64,000 nt of DNA from an uncultured Gemmataceae bacterium (GTDB lineage Bacteria > Planctomycetota > Planctomycetia > Gemmatales > Gemmataceae), in assembly GCA_963750165.1 (NCBI GenBank), contig CAVVPN010000001.1, forward strand, positions 224,001-288,000. The letters are read 5' to 3'. Positions 19,208 through 32,859 of the stretch are shown here, in pieces; position 1 is the stretch's first letter, and each line of letters starts with the position of its first letter. Made by a program: the position numbers and the translations under genes. The notes beneath the pieces are model-generated. The model had not been told where the DNA came from. It did no database searches and saw only the letters and a list, made by a program, of their open reading frames with translations.

Positions 19208-19640
19208 ACTCCCGCAATCGCCAACCTTTAGCCAACCGCTATTATAGCGGGAGCAAGAAGAAGATGTTTCTGATTAGTCATAAATTGTGGTGGGGGTTGA
19301 GATAGCGTCTGCTTATTTGCTTGCGATTTTCGGTTGGCTGTCGCAAGCCCCTCAACCTGGCTTGAGTGCCAGGTTGCCACATCGTATTGACGTTGATGTG
19401 ATGCTGCAACTTGTTAAAGATCAGATGTTTACAGACGATTTCGCCATCGCCTGTATTATACTGGCGTAGTGGTCGCATTGCCAGTGTTTTTACCAAATTT
19501 TTACCATTTCTCTTTGCCGCTGGCGAAGCAGGTTTTGCTACTGATCGCCGTCCGCTGTGCCGTCGATCCGGTGGTTACAGGTTTGAGTTCCGTCATTATC
19601 AATTAACATAAATATTTACATATCAATGACTTTTGTTTTT
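19208..19640. promoter_or_regulatory. AT-rich integrase-proximal region: candidate promoter and attachment/arm sites
   Basis: GCCAACC at 19220 and 19231; inverted GGTTGGC at 19332; TTTTTACCA at 19487 and 19498; minus-strand TATAAT at 19241-19246 inside the inverted repeat CCGCTATTATAGCGG. Confidence 0.45.
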
Positions 19641-20086
19641 TCAATTTAGGAATTGCACTGCATCCCAAGCTTTGGGGATAATTGGCGGGTGGCGTTGAGA
19701 CCGTATTGGGGCCGGTGTCTGGACTGGACAATATTCTTTCTGGGCATTTGAACATTCTGGCAGCCCGGTCAGCCTCGCTTAGGGATATTTGAGGATAAAA
19801 AGTCACCTCTTGGCTACCGACTCCGCGCCGTCCCACCATTCTTCGATGCCACTTGCTCGGCCGGCTTCTCCGCGAAGAAATCTGTCTTCTTCGGTCGCTT
19901 TTTCGGCGTGCCGACCGCGTTGCGCCGGAAGCCCCCTCTCTTGCGGTCGGCTTCCGTCTCGTCCAAGCATCCATGTGACTTTCGCCTTCTACCCACTCGA
20001 CCGAGACGAGAAAATTGCGCCCATATGACACAATTTCCTGCCAAAATTAGAATTTTTTTCGCGAAAAACGAGTTCGAGGCGACCCC

Positions 20087-20120
20087 AGCCGTATAATATA
20101 CTGGAAGAGTGTATACGGCT
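20087..20120 (+). promoter_or_regulatory. Candidate CBASS promoter -10 box overlapped by an inverted repeat
   Basis: TATAAT at 20092-20097; AGCCGTATA-N16-TATACGGCT. Confidence 0.5.
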
Positions 20121-20206
20121 CTTTGTGGTTGAAAATGCGCATTCCGGCGCAAAACATTCACCTTTTCGGAGCCACTCAACCACTCTCGGTCTTTTCGGGA
20201 GGTTCT

Positions 20207-21292
20207 ATGGGCGAGGAGCGGCCGTTCCGGGTCTTGAGCCTCGACGGAGGGGGGATGCGCGGCACCTACACCGCCACTTACCTTGACCGATTAGCCTCTG
20301 ATTTCGCAAAACGCCGTGGGGTCAAGGCGATCGACCTGGGCGCCGCGTTCGACCTCATTGTCGGGACCAGCACAGGCGGAATCATCGCCTGCGCACTTGC
20401 CGCCGGCGTCCCCCTTCCCGACGTCGTGCATTTTTACCGCAAGCACGGACCGTCCATCTTTCGACTAAAGCTCCCTACCGGCCTTTTTGGGGTCATTTGG
20501 CAAAGGTGGAGGCGCCCAAAAGCGCTTGCTGCAGGTGCAACGGCAATGCGAGAGGCATTGAAGGAATGTCTTGGTGACGTGACCGTGGGGCAGATCTACC
20601 AGAAGCGAAAGATTGCACTCGCCATCACGTCAGTCGAGATGAGCCAGCACCATAGTTGGGTGTTCAAAACGCAGCACCTCCCGACCTCCAACGGGCGTGA
20701 CAACGACTACAGTCTGGTCGATGTTTGCTTGGCGACGAGCGCGGCCCCAATTTACCGTTCGATGGCGGCCGTTGACAGGCCCGGTGGGGGCGGATTCAAC
20801 GTTTTCGTCGATGGAGGGCTGTGGGCGAACAACCCAGTCCTCGTCGGGCTCATCGACGCCCTTGAAATGACCTCACCGGGTAGGAAGATCGAAATCTATT
20901 GCATCGGCACTTGCCCGCTTCCAGCCGGGGAGCAAATCGGTCGTAACGACGTCCACCGGGGGCTCGGCGGTTGGCAATTCGGCGGCGCCGCGGCAGGCGT
21001 TTCGATTTCCGCACAGGAGTTCGCATACGACAACATGGCGCGCATGCTCTCGAAGCACCTGAACAGGCCCTGCGACATCCTGCGCTTCCCCCGCGACAAA
21101 ACGCCCGCCGCCCTGATGCCGTACCTCGGATTGGACAACACAACTGAGAAGGCGGCCGACGCCCTCGTCGGCCAAGCACAAATCGACGCCGACATGACCA
21201 ACAGCCGCCTCTGGAAGACCGAATCTCTGGAAGGGCGTCTCATCACCGAACTGTTTTCGGCGGCACCCCCGCGAGCGGACGCGCCTGCCTGA
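20207..21292 (+). CDS. capV: CBASS patatin-like phospholipase effector
   Basis: DGGGMRG, GTSTG and DGGLWANNP motifs; GGAGG RBS; directly upstream of the CD-NTase. Confidence 0.92.
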   Translation: MGEERPFRVLSLDGGGMRGTYTATYLDRLASDFAKRRGVKAIDLGAAFDLIVGTSTGGIIACALAAGVPLPDVVHFYRKHGPSIFRLKLPTGLFGVIWQRWRRPKALAAGATAMREALKECLGDVTVGQIYQKRKIALAITSVEMSQHHSWVFKTQHLPTSNGRDNDYSLVDVCLATSAAPIYRSMAAVDRPGGGGFNVFVDGGLWANNPVLVGLIDALEMTSPGRKIEIYCIGTCPLPAGEQIGRNDVHRGLGGWQFGGAAAGVSISAQEFAYDNMARMLSKHLNRPCDILRFPRDKTPAALMPYLGLDNTTEKAADALVGQAQIDADMTNSRLWKTESLEGRLITELFSAAPPRADAPA

Positions 21293-21316
21293 ATATGCCA
21301 CTTTACTGAGGTTAAT

Positions 21317-22387
21317 ATGATCGATTGTTCCGGCGACGTGCTGGCCTACCACGACAATGAAATCACGCTCGGGAAGGCTGAGCAGGACAACATGAGGGAG
21401 CGGCGGAACGCAAACCGGACCCGCCTGAAAAAAGGGCTGGAGAAGGCGAAAAAGCCCGCCCCTGTACTCTTCAAGAGCCAGGGGTCTTACGCGATGAAGA
21501 CCATGACGCAGCACGACGACAACAAGTACGACATCGACGACGGCGTGTACTTTCTCAAGGAGGATCTCGTCGGCCCTCGTGGTGCCGACATGTCTGCGTT
21601 AGAGGCGAGGCAGATGGTCCGTGATGCCGTGGACGATGGCAGCTTCAAGACGCCCCCTGAGGTCAAGAAGAACTGCGTCCGGGTCCACTACGAGGAAGGC
21701 TATCACGTCGATCTGCCGGTCTACCGCCTGGTCACCACTAAAAACAACTTCGGCCAGGAGGAGCAGCACGCAGATCTGGCAAGTTCCGAATGGAAGCGAT
21801 CCGACGCTCGGGACGTCACCGCCTGGTTCAGTAGCGAGAACAAGCGTCAGAGCCCAGACACCACTAACGGGCGCCAACTCCGGCGAGTGACTCGCGAGAT
21901 CAAAAAGTATGCACGAAGTCGGCCGAGTTGGGAGCCGCAGATCCTGAGCGGCTTTGGCATCACCAAACTTGTGACTGAGTGCTACAGGAAGGATACCGAC
22001 CGCGAGGATAGGGCACTTTACGAAACCATGAAGGCTATTCGGGACCGGCTGACGTGGAACCTCGTCGTGTTGCATCCAGTCACCCGGGGAGACACGATTA
22101 CAAAAGGAGACGACGACCCCAAGGCTCGGTTCCTCCGCGACAGGCTTACCGATGCCCTGGACTGGCTTGCCCCCACCCTCAAGCACGATTGTACCCGAAA
22201 AGAGGCCCTCAAGTGCTGGGATAAGGTGTTCAGCACCACTTTCTTCAGTGACCGCTACAAGGAGGACGACGGTGACGGCGGTGGCGGGCCAAAGGGAGGC
22301 GGTTCCGGTGCCCTCTCGGCCGGCCTTTTCGGCCAGGGCAGTTCACCTCCGCCGGTGCGCAAGGAGGGTGGCGGGCGGTATGCCTGA
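21317..22387 (+). CDS. CBASS cGAS/DncV-like cyclic oligonucleotide synthase (CD-NTase)
   Basis: SQGSY...YDIDDGVY and HVDLPVY nucleotidyltransferase motifs; Gly-rich tail ending GGGRYA. Confidence 0.92.
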   Translation: MIDCSGDVLAYHDNEITLGKAEQDNMRERRNANRTRLKKGLEKAKKPAPVLFKSQGSYAMKTMTQHDDNKYDIDDGVYFLKEDLVGPRGADMSALEARQMVRDAVDDGSFKTPPEVKKNCVRVHYEEGYHVDLPVYRLVTTKNNFGQEEQHADLASSEWKRSDARDVTAWFSSENKRQSPDTTNGRQLRRVTREIKKYARSRPSWEPQILSGFGITKLVTECYRKDTDREDRALYETMKAIRDRLTWNLVVLHPVTRGDTITKGDDDPKARFLRDRLTDALDWLAPTLKHDCTRKEALKCWDKVFSTTFFSDRYKEDDGDGGGGPKGGGSGALSAGLFGQGSSPPPVRKEGGGRYA

Positions 22388-24188
22388 TAACGTCCAACAT
22401 TGGCGGCCGGAATCTCAACGAAGGCTGGCGGTGGCGGCGGTCGAATCTTGGCTGGCGAGTCTCCCGGTGGGAGTACTGCAGCTCGGTGCCGACGCACTAC
22501 GCCTTTTCTCGCACAATGAACCGCTTGCGGGATGGCGGCTGAACGTTGACTTCGGGGACCGGCTAAGGCGACTCGACCTGATCCTGCCCGCTGGTTTCCC
22601 ACGAGTGCCGCCGAAGGTGGTTTTGGTTGACCGCCCCCCATTTCTGACCTGGCCTCACGTTGAGGAGGATGGAGTCCTGTGCCTGCTGCCCGACAGCGCC
22701 GAGGTGGACTTTACGCGCCCGGGTGACTTGGCCGCCCACGTGATGTCACTGGCTTGTGAACTCGTCCAGGATTTGGTAGCTGGCCGAAGGGTTGACGACT
22801 TTCGGGCTGAGTTCAACTCCTACTGGGAAAGAAAGGTAACGTCCGGCGCGCCGAGAATACGAAGCATCATCAAGCCGGCTCCCCCGAGCCGATTCGTCGC
22901 AGTCTGGCGGGGGCGACTGTATCATCTTCTCGGAGAGACGGAGGGGGAAATCGTTGGTTGGCTTGGCCGCAGGTTCCAGTCAGGCGCTGCGGAACCGGGA
23001 ACCGAGCCCGGCATTCTCCTGTGGCTTGACAAGGCACTCCTGCCCAACGAATACCCTCACAACGCTGCTGACGTTCGCCGGATTGCCAAGGCGTGCGGCG
23101 GCGCAGAGTTGCTTGAAAAACTGGTCGGTGAAGGTGCCGAACGGGTCATTGTCGTGATGGTCGCGCCTTCGCGCAACGGCCCGTGTCTGGCCGGGGTCAC
23201 CATCAACCCGCCAGCCCCGCACGTCCGCCATGCCATGCCGCTAGTGCGAGGATTTCGCCCGGGCAAAGTGCCTCGGCAATTGCTGTTAGCCCGTTACCTG
23301 GGAGGGACGCAGGTGCTCCGATCCACTGTCGAACGCGCGGACGCCCCATGGGTTCACGGCCGTGGCGAGGATCCCAGGTTTGCCAAACTGCACACGGCCA
23401 TCGTCGCCGTGCTCGGGTGCGGTTCCGTCGGTGCTCCCGTCGCAGCCCAATTGGCCGCCGCCGGAGTCGGCCGTCTACTCCTGATCGACCCTGAAAAGCT
23501 GAAGTGGGCCAACGTCGGGCGTCATCCTTTGGGGGCCCCGGAGGTCGGCAAGTGCAAGTCTAGCGCCTTGGCAGACCGGATTGGTGCCAACTACCCCCAC
23601 GCCCTTGCCATAGAAAGCCTGCCATGCCGGTGGCAAGACGCGGGACCGGAAGGGTTGGCTTTGTTGGCCAAGGCCGACCTGGTCATCAGTACAATGGGCG
23701 ATTGGGCTTCCGAGGGTGCCCTTAACGAGTGGCATCTCGCCAACCGAAAAGGCATTATCATGTACGGATGGACGGAGGCCCATGCTTGTGCAGGGCACGC
23801 CCTGGCTATCCGACCGGACTGGGGTTGTCTCCAATGCGGATTTTCGCACGACGGGTTGCCTTTTCTGCGCGTCACCGACTGGCCGCTAGGCGCTACGGTG
23901 CGTCAAGAACCCGCTTGCGGGGCGGTATATCAGCCGTACGGGCCTGTCGAACTCGGCCACGTGGTTTCAGTGATCGCCGAACTCGCTCTTGATTGTCTGC
24001 TTGGCAACGTGACGAAGGCCACGCACCGCATCTGGGCGGCGCGGCGATCCCTACTAGAAAAGGCGGGCGGGGTGTGGACGCCTGAGTGGGCTTCCATTAC
24101 AGTCGGCCGGAGTGAAGGAGGCTTCGTGGAGGAAAGGGAGTGGCCTCGGTCCCACTCCTGTGTCGAATGCGCTGCGGGGGCCGCGTGA
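22380..24188 (+). CDS. cap2: CBASS Cap2 E2-E1 (ThiF) fusion
   Basis: WPHVEEDGVLCL E2 motif; VLGCGSVG, LIDPEKL and NVGRH ThiF motifs; EPACG. Confidence 0.92.
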   Translation: MPDNVQHWRPESQRRLAVAAVESWLASLPVGVLQLGADALRLFSHNEPLAGWRLNVDFGDRLRRLDLILPAGFPRVPPKVVLVDRPPFLTWPHVEEDGVLCLLPDSAEVDFTRPGDLAAHVMSLACELVQDLVAGRRVDDFRAEFNSYWERKVTSGAPRIRSIIKPAPPSRFVAVWRGRLYHLLGETEGEIVGWLGRRFQSGAAEPGTEPGILLWLDKALLPNEYPHNAADVRRIAKACGGAELLEKLVGEGAERVIVVMVAPSRNGPCLAGVTINPPAPHVRHAMPLVRGFRPGKVPRQLLLARYLGGTQVLRSTVERADAPWVHGRGEDPRFAKLHTAIVAVLGCGSVGAPVAAQLAAAGVGRLLLIDPEKLKWANVGRHPLGAPEVGKCKSSALADRIGANYPHALAIESLPCRWQDAGPEGLALLAKADLVISTMGDWASEGALNEWHLANRKGIIMYGWTEAHACAGHALAIRPDWGCLQCGFSHDGLPFLRVTDWPLGATVRQEPACGAVYQPYGPVELGHVVSVIAELALDCLLGNVTKATHRIWAARRSLLEKAGGVWTPEWASITVGRSEGGFVEEREWPRSHSCVECAAGAA

Positions 24189-24679
24189 TCAATTACCCGA
24201 TCGGGTCGTCCGGCCAAGTCATCGCCCTGACCGGCGCCGTGCTCGCCCGATTCGCCGAATGCCGACAACTCCGCCGCTCTGAGAAAGAGGCGGGGGGCCA
24301 ACTCTTCGCGCAGTTCAGCGGTTCGACAATCCAGGTAGAGGAAGCAACTGGCCCCAGGGAAAGTGACCGGCGCACCCGCACTTCATATGAACCGGATCGT
24401 AGCGCGGAGCAGGCCGAAATAATGGACCGGCATGCCCGAGGGCTACATTACGTAGGCGATTGGCACACTCATCCAGAAGCTCGCCCGTCGCCTTCCCCAA
24501 GAGATCGCAAGAGCATCGCTGAGTGCTTCATCAAGTCTGCCCACAGCCTAAATGGCTTTTTGCTGGTCATCGTGGGCCAGAGCGACCCGCCCCTTGGTCT
24601 CCTCGTATCAATCCACGATGGAAACACTCTCCATCAACTTGCACCCCAAACCGATGGAGCCGCTGAGACAATCCGTTAG
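24185..24679 (+). CDS. cap3: CBASS Cap3 JAB/MPN peptidase
   Basis: EAGGQLF and GDWHTHPE...PSPRD; GTGA overlap with cap2. Confidence 0.92.
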   Translation: MINYPIGSSGQVIALTGAVLARFAECRQLRRSEKEAGGQLFAQFSGSTIQVEEATGPRESDRRTRTSYEPDRSAEQAEIMDRHARGLHYVGDWHTHPEARPSPSPRDRKSIAECFIKSAHSLNGFLLVIVGQSDPPLGLLVSIHDGNTLHQLAPQTDGAAETIR

Positions 24680-24691
24680 TTCACGACGACT

Positions 24692-26110
24692 TTACCTCCC
24701 TCGTCCCTCAACCGCCTTGGCCGCGTTGCTCGCCGTGCGCAGCGCGTATTTCTCCCCCTCTTCCTGCGCCTTGCTGCTTTCCTGCATCAGGCGGGCCGCG
24801 GTCTCCTCGACGCTCCAGCCCCAGTCAATCGCCAGCAGGCAAAAGGTGAAATCCGCCTTGCTTCGATCCGGCCGCCCGTCCTTCCAGGCCTTCGGGTGTT
24901 CCAGGCATTGCCGATAGCTCGGCCAGCCGCGAGTATCGAGCCGCCTGGGGCGGTGAATCTCTTTCGCAGTGAATTTCTCCTGTGGCGCGACCAGGCCGAG
25001 GGCTTCCAGTTCGGCCTGCGTCACCCCCCTGCCAGGACTGATGCAAACCGTCTCGACGCGCGGGAACGCGGGCGCGTACTTCTGCTTGAAATTAATGCTG
25101 CCGCTGACGCGCACGGCGCCCGATGCGGTCAGGTCAGCCCCTGCCCCTTTCCGCAGCCGCCGGGCGAAATCGGCGCCTCCGTCGGCCACGGCCACCCATG
25201 CCTGGTAGTTGCCGGGACTGGTGCGCAGCACCAGGAACGACACCGGTCGCAACCGCTCTGCCCCGTTCTCGCCGAGGTCGTCGAGTTGGATCAGCGTGGC
25301 GCCGGCGGAACGCGGGCGGACGATGACGTTGTGCTGCCGCTCGGCGGCCTCCTGGAGGATGGCGGGCATGGCGGATCGCAGCTGGTCGAGCGGGCGGTTT
25401 CCTCGGAAGCCGACCTTCGCGCCGGCGGCATCGGTGAAGGTGAGGTCAAACCGCCCGGCGCCGACGCTGGCGAAGGCGTCGAGCATCTCCCGCGCTGGCG
25501 CCCCGGCCCGTGTTTCTTCCCCCACTGACCGCGGCATTTGTTCTTTACTGATTTCGGCCGCCTGATCCTCCGCGGAACTGCCGGAGCGCCCACCGCCGTC
25601 AGCGCCCTGGGGACTCGTATCGCTGTCTGCCAGGCTCCACCAATCGAGGGTAGGCGACATTCCATGGTTTTCGCGGTATTCCTGGAGGATGAGTAGGAAC
25701 TGCTCATGCAGCGCGTCGCGGCTGTCTCCGCGTGCAGTGGGGTCATATCCGGAAGATTTGTCGAGCTGGTACACCCACGGTTTTCCCGGCTCATGCGGCC
25801 GCCATGTCCAGCCGAGTTCCTTGAACGGGTCGGTCAACTCCCTGCCCGGGTTCGGGTCAACGCCCTCCGGCGCCGTGAACACCACCTGCACCTGGGCGAA
25901 GCGGCGGTCGCGGCGGAAGTGGGCATAGCGGCCGTTGCCGATGTCGATGATGTCTTCGCTGGCGACCTGCGGCAAGCGCCTGGTCCAACGGCGACGGTGA
26001 GATTGTTGCTGGCCTTCGGTCTGGGCTGCCTCCTCCGCCTCGCGGACATCGGGTAGCGTTAGGTCGGCGCCTCGCTCCTCCCCGGTATTCTCAAGCGACG
26101 TGTCAGTCAC
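24692..26110 (-). CDS. RepB-type DNA primase domain protein with an N-terminal extension
   Basis: NVIVRP...LIQLDDL...LRTSPGNYQAWV...RVSGSINFK; C-terminal DRSKADF helical bundle. Confidence 0.8.
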   Translation of the reverse strand: MTDTSLENTGEERGADLTLPDVREAEEAAQTEGQQQSHRRRWTRRLPQVASEDIIDIGNGRYAHFRRDRRFAQVQVVFTAPEGVDPNPGRELTDPFKELGWTWRPHEPGKPWVYQLDKSSGYDPTARGDSRDALHEQFLLILQEYRENHGMSPTLDWWSLADSDTSPQGADGGGRSGSSAEDQAAEISKEQMPRSVGEETRAGAPAREMLDAFASVGAGRFDLTFTDAAGAKVGFRGNRPLDQLRSAMPAILQEAAERQHNVIVRPRSAGATLIQLDDLGENGAERLRPVSFLVLRTSPGNYQAWVAVADGGADFARRLRKGAGADLTASGAVRVSGSINFKQKYAPAFPRVETVCISPGRGVTQAELEALGLVAPQEKFTAKEIHRPRRLDTRGWPSYRQCLEHPKAWKDGRPDRSKADFTFCLLAIDWGWSVEETAARLMQESSKAQEEGEKYALRTASNAAKAVEGRGR

Positions 26111-26295
26111 CGGCCGACATGATGCCTGGCGTCAGTGGGAATTTCGTCGCAGAATTTCGGTCTGCCTTGTGCCATGCTGGCCCCATTTGCCTGAAGCGAA
26201 ACGGCTCAGCTATAGTCCTGGGAGGGGGCGTTGTCAAAGCGTCTGTCCGACGCGGAGACGGATTACTGCGCCCGAAATGGCAGAGCCATGCTGCC

Positions 26296-29280
26296 TTAGC
26301 GTTCCAAGCGCACCCGGAGACGGCGCGCCCTCTCTTGGAACGCACGCTCCCCGCCTTCAAGAATGTCGCAGACCGCCTTGCGAATATGAGCGCTTTCAAG
26401 CCCGCCCGAGAGATAGCTGATGGGCGGCAACTCGCCCGGTGGATGCGGCCCTACTTGCGCAACGATGATCTGGTCAGCATCCGTGTTAACAACTAAGTTG
26501 GCATTGTGCGTGACCATAATCACCTGACGTTTGTTCTTGGCTTCCAGGAACAGGCTCACGAGTTCATCGAAGATCGACTTGGGGTCTAGGTTTTCTTCGG
26601 GCTGGTCAATGATAAGGGGCCGATCATCAGCGTCATCGAGCGCGAGGTATAGAAGCAACAGAACGATGCCACGTGTGCCCGGCGATAGCTTACGAATATC
26701 AACGCCGTCGTAATCGATGCTGTATTGGATGCCGATGTGTTCGGTGCCAAAGAGCCACTTTGCAAACCGCTTGGACCATGCTCGATAGTTCGCTTGGTCT
26801 GCCTTGGATACGGGCGAGCACTCCAACAATGCTTCTTGGTTCTCAGCACGGAAATTCGCCATGGCGGCGCTGACGGTCTGGGGATCGCCGGTCTCCCAGG
26901 CGGCTTTCAGCGCTGCGTCCGCCAGTTGACGTAGCGTACCGCGCCCTTTGAATGGGCCTTTCTGACGAAGGTCGAGAAGTTGTTCTCCGGCGTCAGCCCA
27001 GCAACCAATATCCGCGACCCGGGCAACTGAAAGTGAAAGCTTTTTTAGAGTACCTTCGGCCTTGCCGAGACGAGTCATCAGCGGATTGTAGAGTTCGGTT
27101 ACGACGGCTTGTTCCGCCATGATGGCATCGAAGACGCGCAGATATGCGGCTTCGCGTTCCTGGACCAACGTTTTGACCCGCTCCTTTGCGCCTTCGCAGT
27201 CAGTTAGCTTCTCTGTAAGTCGATTGAGGGCTGCATTTTCGTCGGTGATGCGTTTCGACAATACGGAGAACTTATTCGCCGTGTCTCGGTCCACGCTCAC
27301 AAGTTTCTCAAGTCGCGTAATCTCGGCTTGCAACACGACCAAGGGCATGTTGTCCAGCGGATCCTCGTCTGCGATCAGAGCGACTCTTGGGTCTGTCGCG
27401 GGCGGTGGCGGCGTGCCCCTCCATTCCTTCGCGCTCGCTCGTGCATTCGCAAGATGCTCTGTTAGGGAAGTATCGACATTACCCTTGTAGTCCAGGAGAA
27501 ACGGTGCCCACTCTTCGGCGTTGAGGCCGCTGGACTTGTGCCTCTCCTGCGATTGCCTCAATGCTTCGGGCGCTTGATGAGTTCGAACATTGCTGACCTC
27601 GTCTTTGAGACTTAGGAGCGACTGCTCCTGCGCGTTGAAGTAACGGAGAAATCCCCGCACCTTTTCAGCGGCAGCGGTGAGCTCACCCAACCGCTCTACC
27701 CTCGCTTCGCTGCCCTTCGCGACGAGCTTCGACCGGTCATTCGTGTACCCGGCGATTAGTTTTGTTTTTTCCGCGATTTGCTTCTTCAAATGGGCGACGA
27801 GCATTTGCTTTTCGAGATCAGTGCCAATCCGTTCGGAGAGGTCGGCCAAAGCGTTTTCTTCTCGGCCGCGCGCCTCCCGAAATCGCATCGCTCTCATCTC
27901 AAGCAATTCGTCGAAGTTGACCGCGCCATCCCGGTCACACAGCGGATGGGCTTCAAAAATGACCCGCTCTATCTCCCGCAGGAGGGCATCCGTCATCCCG
28001 TGGGCGGAACACAATTCCTCTACGAATTGTTGGGATAGGTATCGCGCGCGTGGATATTCCGCCGAGAAACCTTCATCGGAACGGTCAAGGCGACGCTCGC
28101 TGTGGTCACCGGCCTGCCATTTCAGCGATACCGAAGCCCCATGCAGGAGGTCTTGCGCTCGGGTCAAAAAGGAAGCGGGGCTAAGCCGCTCCGAGGTCGC
28201 GTCGCATCCCAGCGCGATCACGTCGGCTAACGCTGTTTTTCCCGATCCTCTTGCTCCAATGATCGCGACAAGGCCGGGATTGAGTTCCACGGTGGGTGTT
28301 GCGGCCCAAGCCGCATTCTTGATTTCGACCGCTGCGATGATTTGCGAAGGAGTTGCACGGACCGGCGGCTTATCGCCAACAAACGCTCGCCCAGCAGGGT
28401 CGATGCAGGCTTGTCGGAGTGTATCAAATACGAGGGCTCCTTTGATCCACGAGTAACGATCCCCATCCGGGACGCCCACGGTTCGCTCCTCGTGCGCGTC
28501 ACTCCCATGCATGCATGGCTTTAATCCGCCGTAGCGCAGTCGCACGACATCCTCAGCTAAGGTGCGTCGGCCAAGCCAAAAGTCACGCTGCATGGAACTG
28601 CTGGCAAAGATTACGTGTGCGAACTTCTCTACTTCCTGCCGCAGCGTCGCGTCGGCTGCATCGCGGACACCAGAAGTCCCGTCTGTTTCGCTGCCAGCGA
28701 CGGCGATCAGGATATTTTGCTGAATCCAAGCGCTGCCGAGGTAGGCTTGCTTTAACTGGTCAAAAGAAACCTTGAATTGCGAGGACCCCCGCTCAAGCGC
28801 GGCAACGGGGTCGGTGAGCTTGGAATCGAACCGCTGACCAAGCCGGATGAGGTCGTCTTTGTTGCAGCAGAAAGAGTCGTTATACGCGCTGAAGGTCAGG
28901 CGCGCGAGAAATCGCCTCAGTTCTGCCAGGTGATCCGGGTGCTCGGGGCTGACGAGAAGATGGAGATTGACCCATTTGCCTTTGACGGTTCCGATGCCGA
29001 GGCGCATCTCGATGTTAAGAAAAATCAGATCACAGTCCGGAAGCCGCCCGTTTCGTTTCGCCTCACAGACGCGCTCATAACTTTCGGTGCTGTAGTAGTC
29101 GGTGACCCCGATTGCCCGTATCGCAGGCGTCGCCGTCTCCAATGCTTTGAGGTAGCGGTCCCAGCTATCGGCACCCTTGAACTGATCGTTCAGAACCGTC
29201 CCAGGCGCATGAACGTGGGGCTCCCACCGATACCAGCGGGCGCCGGAATTCAACTCTTGGCGTTGTTGTCCATCTTCCAT
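26296..29280 (-). CDS. PHP-domain plus ABC/SMC-like ATPase (TrlF/Ppl-like anti-phage protein)
   Basis: WEPHVHAPGT, GVTDY and GSDAH PHP motifs; GARGSGKT; coiled coil; LSPG, IIDQPEENLD and VTHN. Confidence 0.88.
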   Translation of the reverse strand: MEDGQQRQELNSGARWYRWEPHVHAPGTVLNDQFKGADSWDRYLKALETATPAIRAIGVTDYYSTESYERVCEAKRNGRLPDCDLIFLNIEMRLGIGTVKGKWVNLHLLVSPEHPDHLAELRRFLARLTFSAYNDSFCCNKDDLIRLGQRFDSKLTDPVAALERGSSQFKVSFDQLKQAYLGSAWIQQNILIAVAGSETDGTSGVRDAADATLRQEVEKFAHVIFASSSMQRDFWLGRRTLAEDVVRLRYGGLKPCMHGSDAHEERTVGVPDGDRYSWIKGALVFDTLRQACIDPAGRAFVGDKPPVRATPSQIIAAVEIKNAAWAATPTVELNPGLVAIIGARGSGKTALADVIALGCDATSERLSPASFLTRAQDLLHGASVSLKWQAGDHSERRLDRSDEGFSAEYPRARYLSQQFVEELCSAHGMTDALLREIERVIFEAHPLCDRDGAVNFDELLEMRAMRFREARGREENALADLSERIGTDLEKQMLVAHLKKQIAEKTKLIAGYTNDRSKLVAKGSEARVERLGELTAAAEKVRGFLRYFNAQEQSLLSLKDEVSNVRTHQAPEALRQSQERHKSSGLNAEEWAPFLLDYKGNVDTSLTEHLANARASAKEWRGTPPPPATDPRVALIADEDPLDNMPLVVLQAEITRLEKLVSVDRDTANKFSVLSKRITDENAALNRLTEKLTDCEGAKERVKTLVQEREAAYLRVFDAIMAEQAVVTELYNPLMTRLGKAEGTLKKLSLSVARVADIGCWADAGEQLLDLRQKGPFKGRGTLRQLADAALKAAWETGDPQTVSAAMANFRAENQEALLECSPVSKADQANYRAWSKRFAKWLFGTEHIGIQYSIDYDGVDIRKLSPGTRGIVLLLLYLALDDADDRPLIIDQPEENLDPKSIFDELVSLFLEAKNKRQVIMVTHNANLVVNTDADQIIVAQVGPHPPGELPPISYLSGGLESAHIRKAVCDILEGGERAFQERARRLRVRLER

Positions 29281-29499
29281 GTGCGACCTTACTAAGAAAA
29301 TCCTTGGCGAACCAAGAAATATGCATCGGCCGATGCGTAGGCAATCTGGCGTAAGCGTTTTGGGTCGTTTAAGTGGGACGCCAACTCCAGCAGCGTGGTT
29401 CGCGCCGTTGCACTACGTTTGAGCCGAGTCAATCATCAATTTTGTCTGATTCGGGCAACTGCGATCTTTTGCGTGTTTCAATTGTTGACGAAAAAGGTG

Positions 29500-32859
<3,360 letters not shown>

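Noticed and set aside
19570..19600. GGTTACAGGTTTGAGTTCCGTC resembles a tRNA T-arm
   Set aside because: No cloverleaf or acceptor stem can be built. At most it is a degenerate attachment-site relic.
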